Positions 35,051 to 44,788 are shown, counted from the first letter of the stretch. The stretch is 64,000 bases of DNA from an uncultured Verrucomicrobiales bacterium (GCA_938091905.1 CALKOM010000023.1:32001-96000); one strand, 5' to 3'. Program-made: numbers and translations. Notes: a model not told the origin generated them from the letters alone.

Positions 35051-35058
35051 TTCTGGGT

Positions 35059-35080
35059 GAATTGGGTATTCACCCAATTC
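35059..35080. terminator. Possible terminator hairpin between convergent genes
   Basis: GAATTGGGT-attc-ACCCAATTC 9-bp stem about 20 nt past the stop of the minus-strand CotH gene; no clear U-tract. Confidence 0.3.
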
Positions 35081-35101
35081 TCGACTAACAATCTCCACAA
35101 T

Positions 35102-38100
35102 TCAACGGACGCGCACGCGATAATACCCGTTGCCAACCTGGGCCCGAGTCGTATCGTCATCCGTTAGAGTCGATTCAGCGCTTGTCGCCGTCACGGTGCC
35201 GATGGATTGCCAATCAGCATTCAAGGCAGACGCGTATTCCACTTCATAGGTCTTACCCACGACACTCGACCAATAAAGCTCGATCGGAGTCGCAGAACGC
35301 TGCACAGATGTTAGACGGAAGTAATCCGCAGGGTTGTTAGGATCGGTCCCAGCAAACGCTTCGCTCTCATCAGAAACGCCATCGCCATCCGAATCCATGG
35401 TCGGTGCCGTCGGCCCCTCTGACACACTCCCCGGAGAACCCTCGAACTCGCCCACCAACCACGCGTCCGCCATCGAAAGATCGCCGTGTCCAATCACATC
35501 GCGTAAACGCAACGATCGCCCATCGCCATCCGCTTCCGTCGGCCAGCCATCGCTGTCATCATAGCTAAACTCGGCAATCGGCGAACCTGCCCCAAAGGAA
35601 AGCTTCACCCGCTCCCCACCATTAGCAAATCTGCCAGAATAAACACCCGCCACCAAAGGATCAGCACCATAACGCGCCGTAAAGGCCTCCGCATTACCCA
35701 CCACCAACACCGTCGCCTCAGGTGCCAGTGTCACTACATCCCCCGACACAAAGTCAAAGTCCACCCCCTTGGTGAAACGGACAGGCTCAAGATCCAGCGG
35801 CACACTCCCCGCATTATAGAGCTCCACGAACTCAAAGTCTTCCCGACGGAATCCCGCAGCCAGCTCCGCCTCGCTTGGCGCTCCCGGATGATACATCAAC
35901 TCCGTGATCACCAGAGAATCATACACACTCAGATCCGGTGTCCCGGCCACAAACTCCACCGCCTCCGACCAGCGACTCCAACCACCCCGCTGATTCAAAT
36001 GGCGCACCCGGGCACGATATGTATAGCCCGGACGCACCATATTGGTAGGAATCGTCATTTCTTCCGTGATCTTGTCCACAAGATCACTCTCCCAAACACC
36101 CTCGATCTCGTAGCGCCAAGGAGTCCCTACTTCATAATTCGGCGTTGAGGGATTGTAGATCTCCCCAAGTCGCCACTGCATACTCACAAACTCCTGACTC
36201 TGAAAAATCGTCCCACCAGAAAACTCGCCTGAGATGAATGTCAGACCATCCACCGGAAACCCATCCGCCCCCGTGTAGCTGATCGTCGGCCGATCAGGCG
36301 CATTGCCATCATCCCCCTCTTTTCTAACATGATTATAGCCATAGCCACGCTGATCTCCATCTCCCACGCTGAAATCATCGGGATCGGTATTTGTCGTGAA
36401 CGCCTTAAGATACTCAGCAAATCCTGACACATCCGCTGTCAGTAAGGTTCGCGTCAAGTCACCTCCCCGAAAGCTCTGAGTCGTCGGGTTCGCGTAGAAG
36501 TTGCCCGTGTGACCGCCTGTCGTCCGTGGATGATTGTTCCACATCGCCAGATCGATCTCCGCCCACACAGAACCACCACCTGCAGACGTGCCCACCTGCA
36601 CGCCATCAACCGAACTCGGCGCTGAAGAGAATATCGATACCTTGATCGTAAACATCGTCGGATCCACCACCGTGATCTCATGATCGCCATTGTAGCCACT
36701 AGCGGCCACACCCATAATCGACACCAGATCCCCCGTCGCATAATCATGCGCACTTGCAGTGACAACCGTTGCCTTACTTCCAGCCTTCGTGATCGCCGCC
36801 ACATCGATCCAATCCTTTCGGCTTCCCACCCACTGCAAATTCTCCTCAACCACCGATCCCACTTGGCCACCACCCGCCGTGCCATCTTCTAACAGAAGAT
36901 CCAGCAGCTCCCGACAGAAGTTCGCATACTCGATCGCGATCTCATCCTGATTCAGACAAGCCTTCGCATCGATCGTCCCACTCCAATGCGTCTCCGGCAT
37001 GAACGTCATGTCCAAATCCCAAGGCACCGGCGACCACACTCCGTTGGGATTCTGATAGAAGAAATGATTCCACCCCTCACGAATATCAATATTTCCCACC
37101 GCACGATTGATTGCACGGAAACCATAGTAATGTGATAGATTCATGTTCTCCCGCCACCACTCGACAGGCTGGCTGCGCCGCGCTTGGGAAATGAACGCAC
37201 TGTAGCTACTATCGATCGGCCCCTGGTGTTTCTGATCACCATTCCCGCCCTCGATCTTGTAAGTATTTCCCTCAGGCAACCCCAAGCGATTCAGCATCCG
37301 CCCATCGGGCGTCTCCTGACTCAAATACAATCCCCACAAATCGCCCCCATACTGATCACTGCTAGGAGTCTCCTCAGCCTCATCGATCACCCGGAAATGC
37401 AAATGATGCATCTTAGGCGAAGGCACACCCGCCAGCGCCTGCAAGCGAAACGCCGTCGTCTCGTCCAGACCAGACATCCCACGATTCGCCGGCACCCAAG
37501 GAGACGCACACGCCGTGAAATTCATCACCCGAAAACCACCCGGATACGCAATCCCATAGTTGTCACGCGCCCGAAAGTTGTTCCCGCGATTGAAGAAGAA
37601 TTTCCACTTATTCTTACCACTTTGATAGGTCGAGAACTCGCCCCGCACCCGAAACTCCACATGATCATACACCCACCCCTCATAGACCATGGTCCCCAGA
37701 AAGCGGACCTCTTCACTTCCTCGATTGTACTGGGAACGCTCCACATCCGCATTGTCCGCAATCAAATGGTAGACTGGTAGAACGGACATCTCCTCCGAAG
37801 TAAACGTACGCTTCGGTGCCTTGCCAGGCTCGGGTGAACCGCTCCAAGCGGGCACGCCATCATAGACAAAGAAGGCGCGATTGGCCGAAGGATCATCCTC
37901 ATAAGGCAACCTCACCACGTTCCCCACCGCATCTTCGGCAACCACGCGATAACGCACCAAACTTCGATGCGCCACGATGGCGACAGGTACGGTGGCTGAA
38001 TAGATGTCATCCATAGCCACGGCATCGCCACCCGTGCCGTCATCATTCATAGGAACGGATTCCCATGAAGACGCATACGCATCATCCGACAGACGCAGGT

Positions 38101-38800
38101 ATTCACCCGGCTTTAACTCTTGCAATTCTAACATCACTCGAGCCACACCATCAACATCAGTCGCCTTCGCACTGATGACCACCGTCTCACCCGACTTAGG
38201 TTGATCTGGAAGATGCTCCACTTGGCGCACTGCAGGCGGAGGATTCTCGGTAAGCACGCTATTCACTTTGCCAGGCGTCGGTTCCACACTCGTTCGCCAA
38301 TGGCCAGAAAGGCCATTGGCCAAACCTGGATGCATCAACTCCATGCTCAGATCATTGTCATCGTCTGACCCGCCGTCGGCTCCCACCGGCCAAGGAAAGT
38401 TATCCTGATAGTTCACCTTATCGACCACCACATTCTCGGCATTGCGGAGGGTCAGGGTCTCTCCGCTATTCGAAAGCGTTCCGCTCTCCCACGCTCCCTT
38501 CGCCTTCACCCCACCGGTAAAGATCGATCCAAATTTGCGATTGTAAGCACCCTCGTCCTGCGCAAGGACCCAATAACCATCCGCGTCGATCGCAGAGCCT
38601 TCAGGAAAGACGTGCTCAATCCCTTCCGTAAACGACCAACCCGACAGATCAATCGCTCCATCGGTTGGATTGTGTAGCTCCACGAACTCAACGAATTCGG
38701 TAGGATCAGCCGGATGATAGTGAATCTCATTGATCACCACCGTTTGAGACCAGGCGCAGGGGGCGAACGCCAAGACTAGAAAGGTGAATAGCTTCTTCAT
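35102..38800 (-). CDS. Secreted lamin-tail-domain / CotH-kinase protein
   Basis: Signal peptide; LTD VINEIHYHP..EFVELHN; CotH motifs FRVRG..S...KNKWKF, WGLYLSQE, NIDI...NHFFY and PWDLD; second LTD; DSDGDG..GTDP. Confidence 0.85.
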   Translation of the reverse strand: MKKLFTFLVLAFAPCAWSQTVVINEIHYHPADPTEFVEFVELHNPTDGAIDLSGWSFTEGIEHVFPEGSAIDADGYWVLAQDEGAYNRKFGSIFTGGVKAKGAWESGTLSNSGETLTLRNAENVVVDKVNYQDNFPWPVGADGGSDDDNDLSMELMHPGLANGLSGHWRTSVEPTPGKVNSVLTENPPPAVRQVEHLPDQPKSGETVVISAKATDVDGVARVMLELQELKPGEYLRLSDDAYASSWESVPMNDDGTGGDAVAMDDIYSATVPVAIVAHRSLVRYRVVAEDAVGNVVRLPYEDDPSANRAFFVYDGVPAWSGSPEPGKAPKRTFTSEEMSVLPVYHLIADNADVERSQYNRGSEEVRFLGTMVYEGWVYDHVEFRVRGEFSTYQSGKNKWKFFFNRGNNFRARDNYGIAYPGGFRVMNFTACASPWVPANRGMSGLDETTAFRLQALAGVPSPKMHHLHFRVIDEAEETPSSDQYGGDLWGLYLSQETPDGRMLNRLGLPEGNTYKIEGGNGDQKHQGPIDSSYSAFISQARRSQPVEWWRENMNLSHYYGFRAINRAVGNIDIREGWNHFFYQNPNGVWSPVPWDLDMTFMPETHWSGTIDAKACLNQDEIAIEYANFCRELLDLLLEDGTAGGGQVGSVVEENLQWVGSRKDWIDVAAITKAGSKATVVTASAHDYATGDLVSIMGVAASGYNGDHEITVVDPTMFTIKVSIFSSAPSSVDGVQVGTSAGGGSVWAEIDLAMWNNHPRTTGGHTGNFYANPTTQSFRGGDLTRTLLTADVSGFAEYLKAFTTNTDPDDFSVGDGDQRGYGYNHVRKEGDDGNAPDRPTISYTGADGFPVDGLTFISGEFSGGTIFQSQEFVSMQWRLGEIYNPSTPNYEVGTPWRYEIEGVWESDLVDKITEEMTIPTNMVRPGYTYRARVRHLNQRGGWSRWSEAVEFVAGTPDLSVYDSLVITELMYHPGAPSEAELAAGFRREDFEFVELYNAGSVPLDLEPVRFTKGVDFDFVSGDVVTLAPEATVLVVGNAEAFTARYGADPLVAGVYSGRFANGGERVKLSFGAGSPIAEFSYDDSDGWPTEADGDGRSLRLRDVIGHGDLSMADAWLVGEFEGSPGSVSEGPTAPTMDSDGDGVSDESEAFAGTDPNNPADYFRLTSVQRSATPIELYWSSVVGKTYEVEYASALNADWQSIGTVTATSAESTLTDDDTTRAQVGNGYYRVRVR

Positions 38801-38996
38801 AGGGATGACCTCTTATCCCAGCGAGATCCTTCCCGGATGTCGAGCGAATCCTCCGGCACCTCCCCTGAAGCCAGTTCTCAAGGTACCGCATCGTTGCGAG
38901 ACTCCACGATAGGGTCCAACAGCCACTCCTTTGGCGAAGACTGTATACGGAATACTCGCTCCGTAGTCAAATAGATCACACTTGCACATCGAGCGA

Positions 38997-40351
38997 CTAA
39001 GCCAACGTGACTGGTCGCGACGATGTGGTCGAGGATGGCCTTGTGCCCAGTTCTAGCAGTACCGCAACAGCCGTCAACGCGGCAGAGAAGATGAGCCCGC
39101 TCACGGGAAAATGCATAAAGGGCTCAAACGGCACCCAAGGTAACACCAGGAACGCAAACAAGGGTAGCAAAACTTCATTCTCCAGTGACGATCCATGACC
39201 AAGCCCCTTAAAGCCCATCACCAAGCTGACAGGCAGGAGCGCGTAGTGAATAAAGGTCCATGAGGTCATCACCAGGTAAGGTCTCCGAGGCAGAGAAGTT
39301 AAGAACCTTCTCAACGTAGGAAACCCTCGCCCAGAAATCGCCAAGACGAATGCACCCGCGACCACGGACAAAGAGAACACGTAGACAGCAGGAGCCAAAG
39401 GCGCTCCCTGGTTGAACCCCGTTTCTGCTAGTTCGATGTTGACCATAATCAGGCTGTTCAGAAAGGACGTCATTCTCACAAGAACAGAACCTATCAGAAA
39501 ACCGCAGATTGCGGTGGGCAGCACATCATATCTCCCAGAGATCTGCGGCTTCCGGTAAGCCTGGAAGGCAAACCAAGCGATCAAACAATAGGCCAATGGC
39601 TGAATCCAAATCGTCACGGGTGAAATCGCCGCCTCTCCGTTCATCCTCATCTCCATGCCGAACTTAGAGCTGCCGTTACCGTTTGAAAGAAACTGGACCA
39701 AACAAAAGTACCAAGCACGACCAACGACCACCTGGGAAAACAGAGTTCCCAACACGATTAGCGAGAACGCTCGGGTGCTGAACGGCAGCGCGCAAGAAGT
39801 TTGCTGAGCCAGCCCACACGCCCATGTAAACAGCGATAGATCAAATACACCATCACCCCAAGGGCCACAGCACGAACACCTGCCGTGAGTAGCGTTGCCA
39901 AACTCACCTCATCCCATCTAATGATATCGGCAGAAGCTTCCGTGCTCGTGGCACGAAAAGCACTGTTTTCCACATACACAGACCACGGCAACGAACAAAC
40001 CACCTTGCCCAAACCGAAGTGCCAAAGCACGCGTTCAAACAGAGAGGTAATCATACCAGCCGCACTCAACAAGACGCCCACTGACATGTAACCAACGAGC
40101 ATCGCAAGCATTCGGCGCTTCCACGACACGTCCGGATGCACTTTGGCATACTCCGCATTCAGCGTCGACTCTTGCCCTAACTGAGCGCACGCTTCTTCAT
40201 ACGCCTCTTGAGAAGAGAGCCCCTGGGCCATGAGGGCATCAATCTCGTCACGCAGGTGGTTCTCGAGTTCTGTCAGGCTATCGAGATCAATCGAATCGTT
40301 CCGTGCTTACGTCTCGCGCCAAGAAGCGAGGGCTTTGTCTAAGTCGAACAT
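38997..40351 (-). pseudogene. Permease-prefix-domain membrane protein, disrupted
   Basis: MFDLDKALASWRET*ARN...ELENHLRDEIDALMAQGLSSQEAY...LG (permease prefix motif). In-frame TAA at 40307-40309 and a frameshift near 39757. Coupled to PadR. Confidence 0.75.
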
Positions 40352-40686
40352 GCCACACCTCCTTCCCAGAGGCCTTCCAACGCCCCGTTCACCGCACGCC
40401 ACTCCCTCTTGCGCTTCTCCGTGGCCTTTCGTCCCGCTCGCTCGATGCGGTAGTACTTTCGGTCTCGGCCCGTCTCCGCTTTCTTCCAGAACGACCGGAT
40501 CAGTCCTTCCTGTTCCAACCGGTGAAGCACGGGATACAACATCCCATCGGTCCATTCTAGCTGCCCGGCCGAACGCTTCTTCACCTCCTGAATGATCGCG
40601 TAGCCGTAACTATCGCCCTGCGCAAGAACGGCCAGCACCAGCGGCTTCGAAGACGCCGCCACAAGTTCCCTAGGTGGCTTATCCAT
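40339..40686 (-). CDS. PadR family transcriptional regulator
   Basis: SYGYAIIQEV, GMLYPVLHRLE and RKYYRI motifs. Confidence 0.92.
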   Translation of the reverse strand: MDKPPRELVAASSKPLVLAVLAQGDSYGYAIIQEVKKRSAGQLEWTDGMLYPVLHRLEQEGLIRSFWKKAETGRDRKYYRIERAGRKATEKRKREWRAVNGALEGLWEGGVACST

Positions 40687-40856
40687 GAGCCAATGATGCA
40701 TTGCTCAATAATGTATTCAGGAATTATCTACGAATCGCTAGAAAAAACGGAATTCCGGCCGCCCCAGTTCGACAATCTCGACCCACCCGCGCCAAAACGT
40801 TCCGCATTGCCACGTCGGCATGGAAGCCTTCAAGATACACCCAAAGCGTACTCACC

Positions 40857-41450
40857 ATGGGACAACGTCGCCAACATCGCCAGGAATACTCATTGGACTC
40901 GGGAGACCTCGAGCAACTCTCGCAGAAAGACATCGCTGCGGTTATTCGCGCCGTGGATGACCTCGTAGGCCGTGGCGGACGAACTATGGTCGGGAAGATT
41001 CTCAAGGGCTCGGCTTCAAAGGATGTGCTAGGACTCTGGTACGATAAGAATCCCGCCTACGGCCACTTCCGCGATCTCACGCTCGCCAAGATCGGTCAGC
41101 GGGTTGATTGAATGATCGAGCAGGGCTATTTGGAGATTCACCATTTAGGACGCTTACCCTGTCTATCCTTCTCTGAGAAGGGCTTGGCAAGGGCCTGCCG
41201 GATTCGCAGCGAGGAGTGGCCCCAACAGTGCTCGGCGAGGGTGCAGAGCGGTGGCCCCTACCTGATGACTTTCCTCAAAGACTGCAATCGCCGAACGATC
41301 TTTCAGTTGCTTGACGGCATCTCTCAAGAGCAAGACCCGAATTATCTCTTCGTTAGAGTCGTGGACCGAGATTGACTACTAGAAGGTCGCAGCTCGCATT
41401 CGGAGAGTCATCCGTGAGTGCCGAGGCGGATTCTCTGGGAGATCCGTTAG
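40857..41450 (+). pseudogene. RQC (winged-helix) domain DNA-binding protein, disrupted
   Basis: IRAVDDLVGRGGRTMVGKILKGS...NPAYG...RVD*MIEQGYL (TGA at 41109), then a frameshift near 41350 and TAG in IDY*KV. Confidence 0.7.
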
Positions 41451-41802
41451 GTTGGTGCACTAGCCGAGAATCGGTAATGGATTGTGCCCGTGGTCACCCG
41501 CTTATCTGGAAGGAAGCGCCCAACTGCGTCTCGGCAACCTGATTTCGGAAAAATCTCGCGACAATGACAGACGCTCGTTAAGAACTCACCTGCAGGGTGA
41601 GCCTATTCATCGCCCTCTTTGCGTTTCCACTCCCTCTCCGACAAAGGCTCATCTCCCTCTTCCTGAATTCTCATTTCCGTTACTCGGCTTAGTAGACAGG
41701 GATATCAACACACCACCCATTGCCGCTAGCCCAAAGGTGTGACTCCGATTAAGTTTCAGATAGAAAAGCACCGGAAGGAGTAGTATCGCGGAGAACAGTT
41801 CC

Positions 41803-42810
41803 TCAAGACTGAGGAACTGTATTCTCGATAAAACGATAGAACAGCCGTTCGCGTGGCGAAGGTGCTGATTGGTCTTGGTAGGCGGTGGCACCGGTCCGCC
41901 CTGGATAGAAGGTCTCGATGGTCGTCCAGTTGCCATCGCCTAACAGCGTGGAACGCTCAATGTCATAGCTGACACCAAGTTCCGTTGCCCAGATAACCGT
42001 GATTTGCGTGGGGCTGTCACGAATGGCCATCGGCTCGAGGGGATCAGGAGCATCGACCGTGAGCACCAGTTCGGCTCCGCCTGGATTGTAAGTGCCTTGG
42101 GCGAACCGAAAGACGACATAGTGACCGTTCAGATACTTGTTTAAGGGATAGTAGCGAAGAATCGGGGATGTATCCGTTGTGATGAAATCTGTCTTTGCGT
42201 CCGGCGTCTCTGACAGGATAGCCATACTGAGGGAAGCCGATCCTGGATCAGTGTCCGTGACCCAAATTTCGATGGATGGCACCTTGTCTGCTGTGGCGAT
42301 GCCACCCAAACGTTGGGCATAGCCGAGGCCGTCAAAGACGATGCGTTCGTTGAACTGATAGACGACGACATGAGGCCCCGCGCCTAATCCGCCCCATTGC
42401 GCTCCGTAGTTGAAGCTGTTGTCGAGATCCGCTGGAGTGGGATTGGCATCGTAGAGGAACTCGGGAAGAAAGGTAGCACCTGTCGCGTTGGAACTACTAG
42501 TGGAGGCAATTGGGTCCTCAAGAATAAAGAGGTTCTCCTTGGGGCCGTAAGTGTTTGAAGCAGACGTTAGGGTTGCTTGCTCAGCGCCAACCTGAGATGG
42601 GTCATCGGTAAGGTGCTCTGTCCCGGCCCCTGTGGTCGCTGTGCCTTGGTTGGAAATGGCTGAATCTCCGAGTGGCAATGTGGATTCGACGGTGGTGCGA
42701 TAGATAACTTTCACCGTCTTGTCCGGAGGGAGGTCTCCTAGTGAGACAGAAACGTCTTGTGCCTGGGCGAGGCTGGCGCATGCCAACGCGAGGATGATGA
42801 GGCATTTCAT
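41803..42810 (-). CDS. Secreted protein: DUF11-like N-module, beta-sandwich domain, C-terminal FYR domain
   Basis: Signal peptide; LGDLPPDKTVKVIY...ISNQGT...TDDP; last gene of the collar operon. Confidence 0.65.
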   Translation of the reverse strand: MKCLIILALACASLAQAQDVSVSLGDLPPDKTVKVIYRTTVESTLPLGDSAISNQGTATTGAGTEHLTDDPSQVGAEQATLTSASNTYGPKENLFILEDPIASTSSSNATGATFLPEFLYDANPTPADLDNSFNYGAQWGGLGAGPHVVVYQFNERIVFDGLGYAQRLGGIATADKVPSIEIWVTDTDPGSASLSMAILSETPDAKTDFITTDTSPILRYYPLNKYLNGHYVVFRFAQGTYNPGGAELVLTVDAPDPLEPMAIRDSPTQITVIWATELGVSYDIERSTLLGDGNWTTIETFYPGRTGATAYQDQSAPSPRERLFYRFIENTVPQS

Positions 42811-42827
42811 AGGAATGAACGGTAATG

Positions 42828-43130
42828 TTAGGCGAAGACGGCTTCGAGTTCGAGTTTGCCCTCACGCAGATTGATGGGCACGAGAAAGATGGAAAGGGTG
42901 CCGAGTGTAGGGTGCGCTAACTCGTAAGTCCCTTGTTGGAATTCGGTGGTTTCCACCTGGATGATCAGAGAGAATGGCTTTCTTCCAGAAGTCATCGCGG
43001 TGGGAATATCGGAGACGGAAAGCAGCTTTCCCGGAATGCTCGCTTCGCTTGTCTTTAAAGTGAGCGAAGAATCAACATGAGGCTGAAAGAAGCCACTATC
43101 GACAGAAGCTAGATCAATGGAGGTGCTCAT
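42828..43130 (-). CDS. DUF6916-like protein
   Basis: RKPFSLI...QGTYELAHPTLGTLSIFLVPI...EAVF motif. Confidence 0.78.
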   Translation of the reverse strand: MSTSIDLASVDSGFFQPHVDSSLTLKTSEASIPGKLLSVSDIPTAMTSGRKPFSLIIQVETTEFQQGTYELAHPTLGTLSIFLVPINLREGKLELEAVFA

Positions 43131-43139
43131 GGGTGTGCG

Positions 43140-43634
43140 TTAGTTCAAGATAGCCTCCAGATAACACTTTCCTTCGCCGATATCGATCGGTACCAGGAAG
43201 AGCGAATGTGATTGGAGTGAGGCACTGGCCACCGTGTAGGATCCTTGCTCGAGAGGGGCTGATGCCGAATGGCTTGCCTCAAAGATGAGCTGGAAGGGAG
43301 GGCGCCGAAGCGCGTGTTTGCCGTCAGGTCGCGGGTAAACTGGCAAGTCACGCACTTCATGTAACGTGATCGGCGTCGTCCGACCATTGTCGGTGACTAG
43401 TTCGAAGGACGTGCCTTTCAGGGGCTTGTAGGTCGCGCTACTCACGGTGTTTAGGTCAAAGGCTTCGGGCTCTTGATAGTCGTGGCGTGGCACGGGTTCC
43501 ACCTTGGGGCCGCCCAGAGGCACGTCGCGGCCTTCGATGACGAGTTCTTCATTGGAAGAGTACTCTGCGGGTTTGTCACAACTCGCGAGGGCAACTGCAG
43601 GTGCAGCGATTCGAATGAAATGTCGGCGTTGCAT
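43140..43634 (-). CDS. DUF6916-like protein with Tat/lipoprotein signal
   Basis: MQRRHFI...ALASC N-terminus; PFQLIF...LEQGSY...LFLVPI...EAILN. Confidence 0.72.
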   Translation of the reverse strand: MQRRHFIRIAAPAVALASCDKPAEYSSNEELVIEGRDVPLGGPKVEPVPRHDYQEPEAFDLNTVSSATYKPLKGTSFELVTDNGRTTPITLHEVRDLPVYPRPDGKHALRRPPFQLIFEASHSASAPLEQGSYTVASASLQSHSLFLVPIDIGEGKCYLEAILN

Positions 43635-43638
43635 GAGA

Positions 43639-44148
43639 TTAAGAGGTTGCTGGGATTGGCTGAGGCGATCGCTCTAACAGTTCGTAAACGCCTTGATCTT
43701 CTACAGGGAAGAAGCCCAGTCGACGGTAGAGTCGCATGGCAGGGTTGTTCTTCTCAACGTGAATGCGGACCGGTTTGTGAGACTTCAGTGCTTGCGCTAG
43801 GATGTCCTCGAGAATGCGGCCCCCGATACCGTTGCCGCGATTGGCAGGAAGCAAGGCGATGTCGATGATGCGGATTTCATCCTGACGTTCATCCAAGTAG
43901 AGGCGGCCAATAGGTTGGCCACGGGTATTGAGAATGAGGTCAAACTTGGCCTTGGCGAAGTGTTTCATGTAATGGACATGCTGCGCTTCGAACTGTTGCT
44001 GTAAGAAAGAATCGATCTGGGCCTGTGGCCATCCTGTCTGGGCGAGTTCTTCCTGTCGGGTACTCGCATAGAGGCGACACAGAAAGGCAAGGTCTGCGCT
44101 GCCTGCGTTCAGATCGGCCGAGCGAAAGCTGGTGGAGGGAACGGACAT
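43639..44148 (-). CDS. GNAT family N-acetyltransferase
   Basis: LYASTRQEEL, QFEAQH, IDIALLPANRGNGIG and NPAMRLYRRLGF motifs. ATG 44148 lies 1 nt after the upstream stop. Confidence 0.9.
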   Translation of the reverse strand: MSVPSTSFRSADLNAGSADLAFLCRLYASTRQEELAQTGWPQAQIDSFLQQQFEAQHVHYMKHFAKAKFDLILNTRGQPIGRLYLDERQDEIRIIDIALLPANRGNGIGGRILEDILAQALKSHKPVRIHVEKNNPAMRLYRRLGFFPVEDQGVYELLERSPQPIPATS

Positions 44149-44149
44149 G

Positions 44150-44773
44150 TCAGACGGCATACGATTCTTGAGTCCAGGTTCCTTGCCAGTCACTGCAACG
44201 GGCAAACTTGCTCTCTAACACTGCGACCTCATGGCGATAGGCGGCGTCGGGTTTCGGCCAAATGTCATGCCAGGTGACGCTGTAGTGGGCGGCGGCCGGT
44301 GGCGCCCATTCGAAGACGCTTGTGTGAAGGATCTCTAAGCGTTCACCATAACGCGCTTGCAGATGCGGCGCCACGAGCGTGATCACATCGGCGGATTGTT
44401 CGAGCACCGTGATGCGTTCGACGGGCGATGTTTCCGGCCGCAACAGGCATTCGATGATCATTCCCAGCCCAAGACCACTGATCAAGATGTGGCCGCCCCG
44501 TTGGAGTCCTTCGGTGATCGCTTCGCGTTGGGACCACCATTCTTCGTAGAGGTCGGTCATCATATCGATACCGCCCACTTTCAATCTGGTGTATCTGCCA
44601 GGGCGATGGAGCATCCAATGGGGCACCTCAGGGGAGGCCTCCGAGATCTGACCAGCGGGAACGACGGGCAGAGTGAAGCGTTTCACCTCCCATTCACCAG
44701 AAACGCCTTCGGGTACGTCTGACTTGTAGTAGTCAGTCGGCTCGTAAAGCTGTGATGAAAGGGAAACGGCCAT
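44150..44773 (-). CDS. Class I SAM-dependent methyltransferase (spermidine-synthase-like)
   Basis: ILISGLGLGM (motif I), ITVLEQS (motif II), WHDIWP. Confidence 0.72.
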   Translation of the reverse strand: MAVSLSSQLYEPTDYYKSDVPEGVSGEWEVKRFTLPVVPAGQISEASPEVPHWMLHRPGRYTRLKVGGIDMMTDLYEEWWSQREAITEGLQRGGHILISGLGLGMIIECLLRPETSPVERITVLEQSADVITLVAPHLQARYGERLEILHTSVFEWAPPAAAHYSVTWHDIWPKPDAAYRHEVAVLESKFARCSDWQGTWTQESYAV

Positions 44774-44788
44774 GGGGTGTGGTGAGAC

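Noticed and set aside
41109..41111. In-frame TGA in the RQC gene as a second Sec or recoding site
   Set aside because: The context (VD*MI) fits a TGG-to-TGA change, no SECIS-like hairpin was seen, and the gene has additional lesions.
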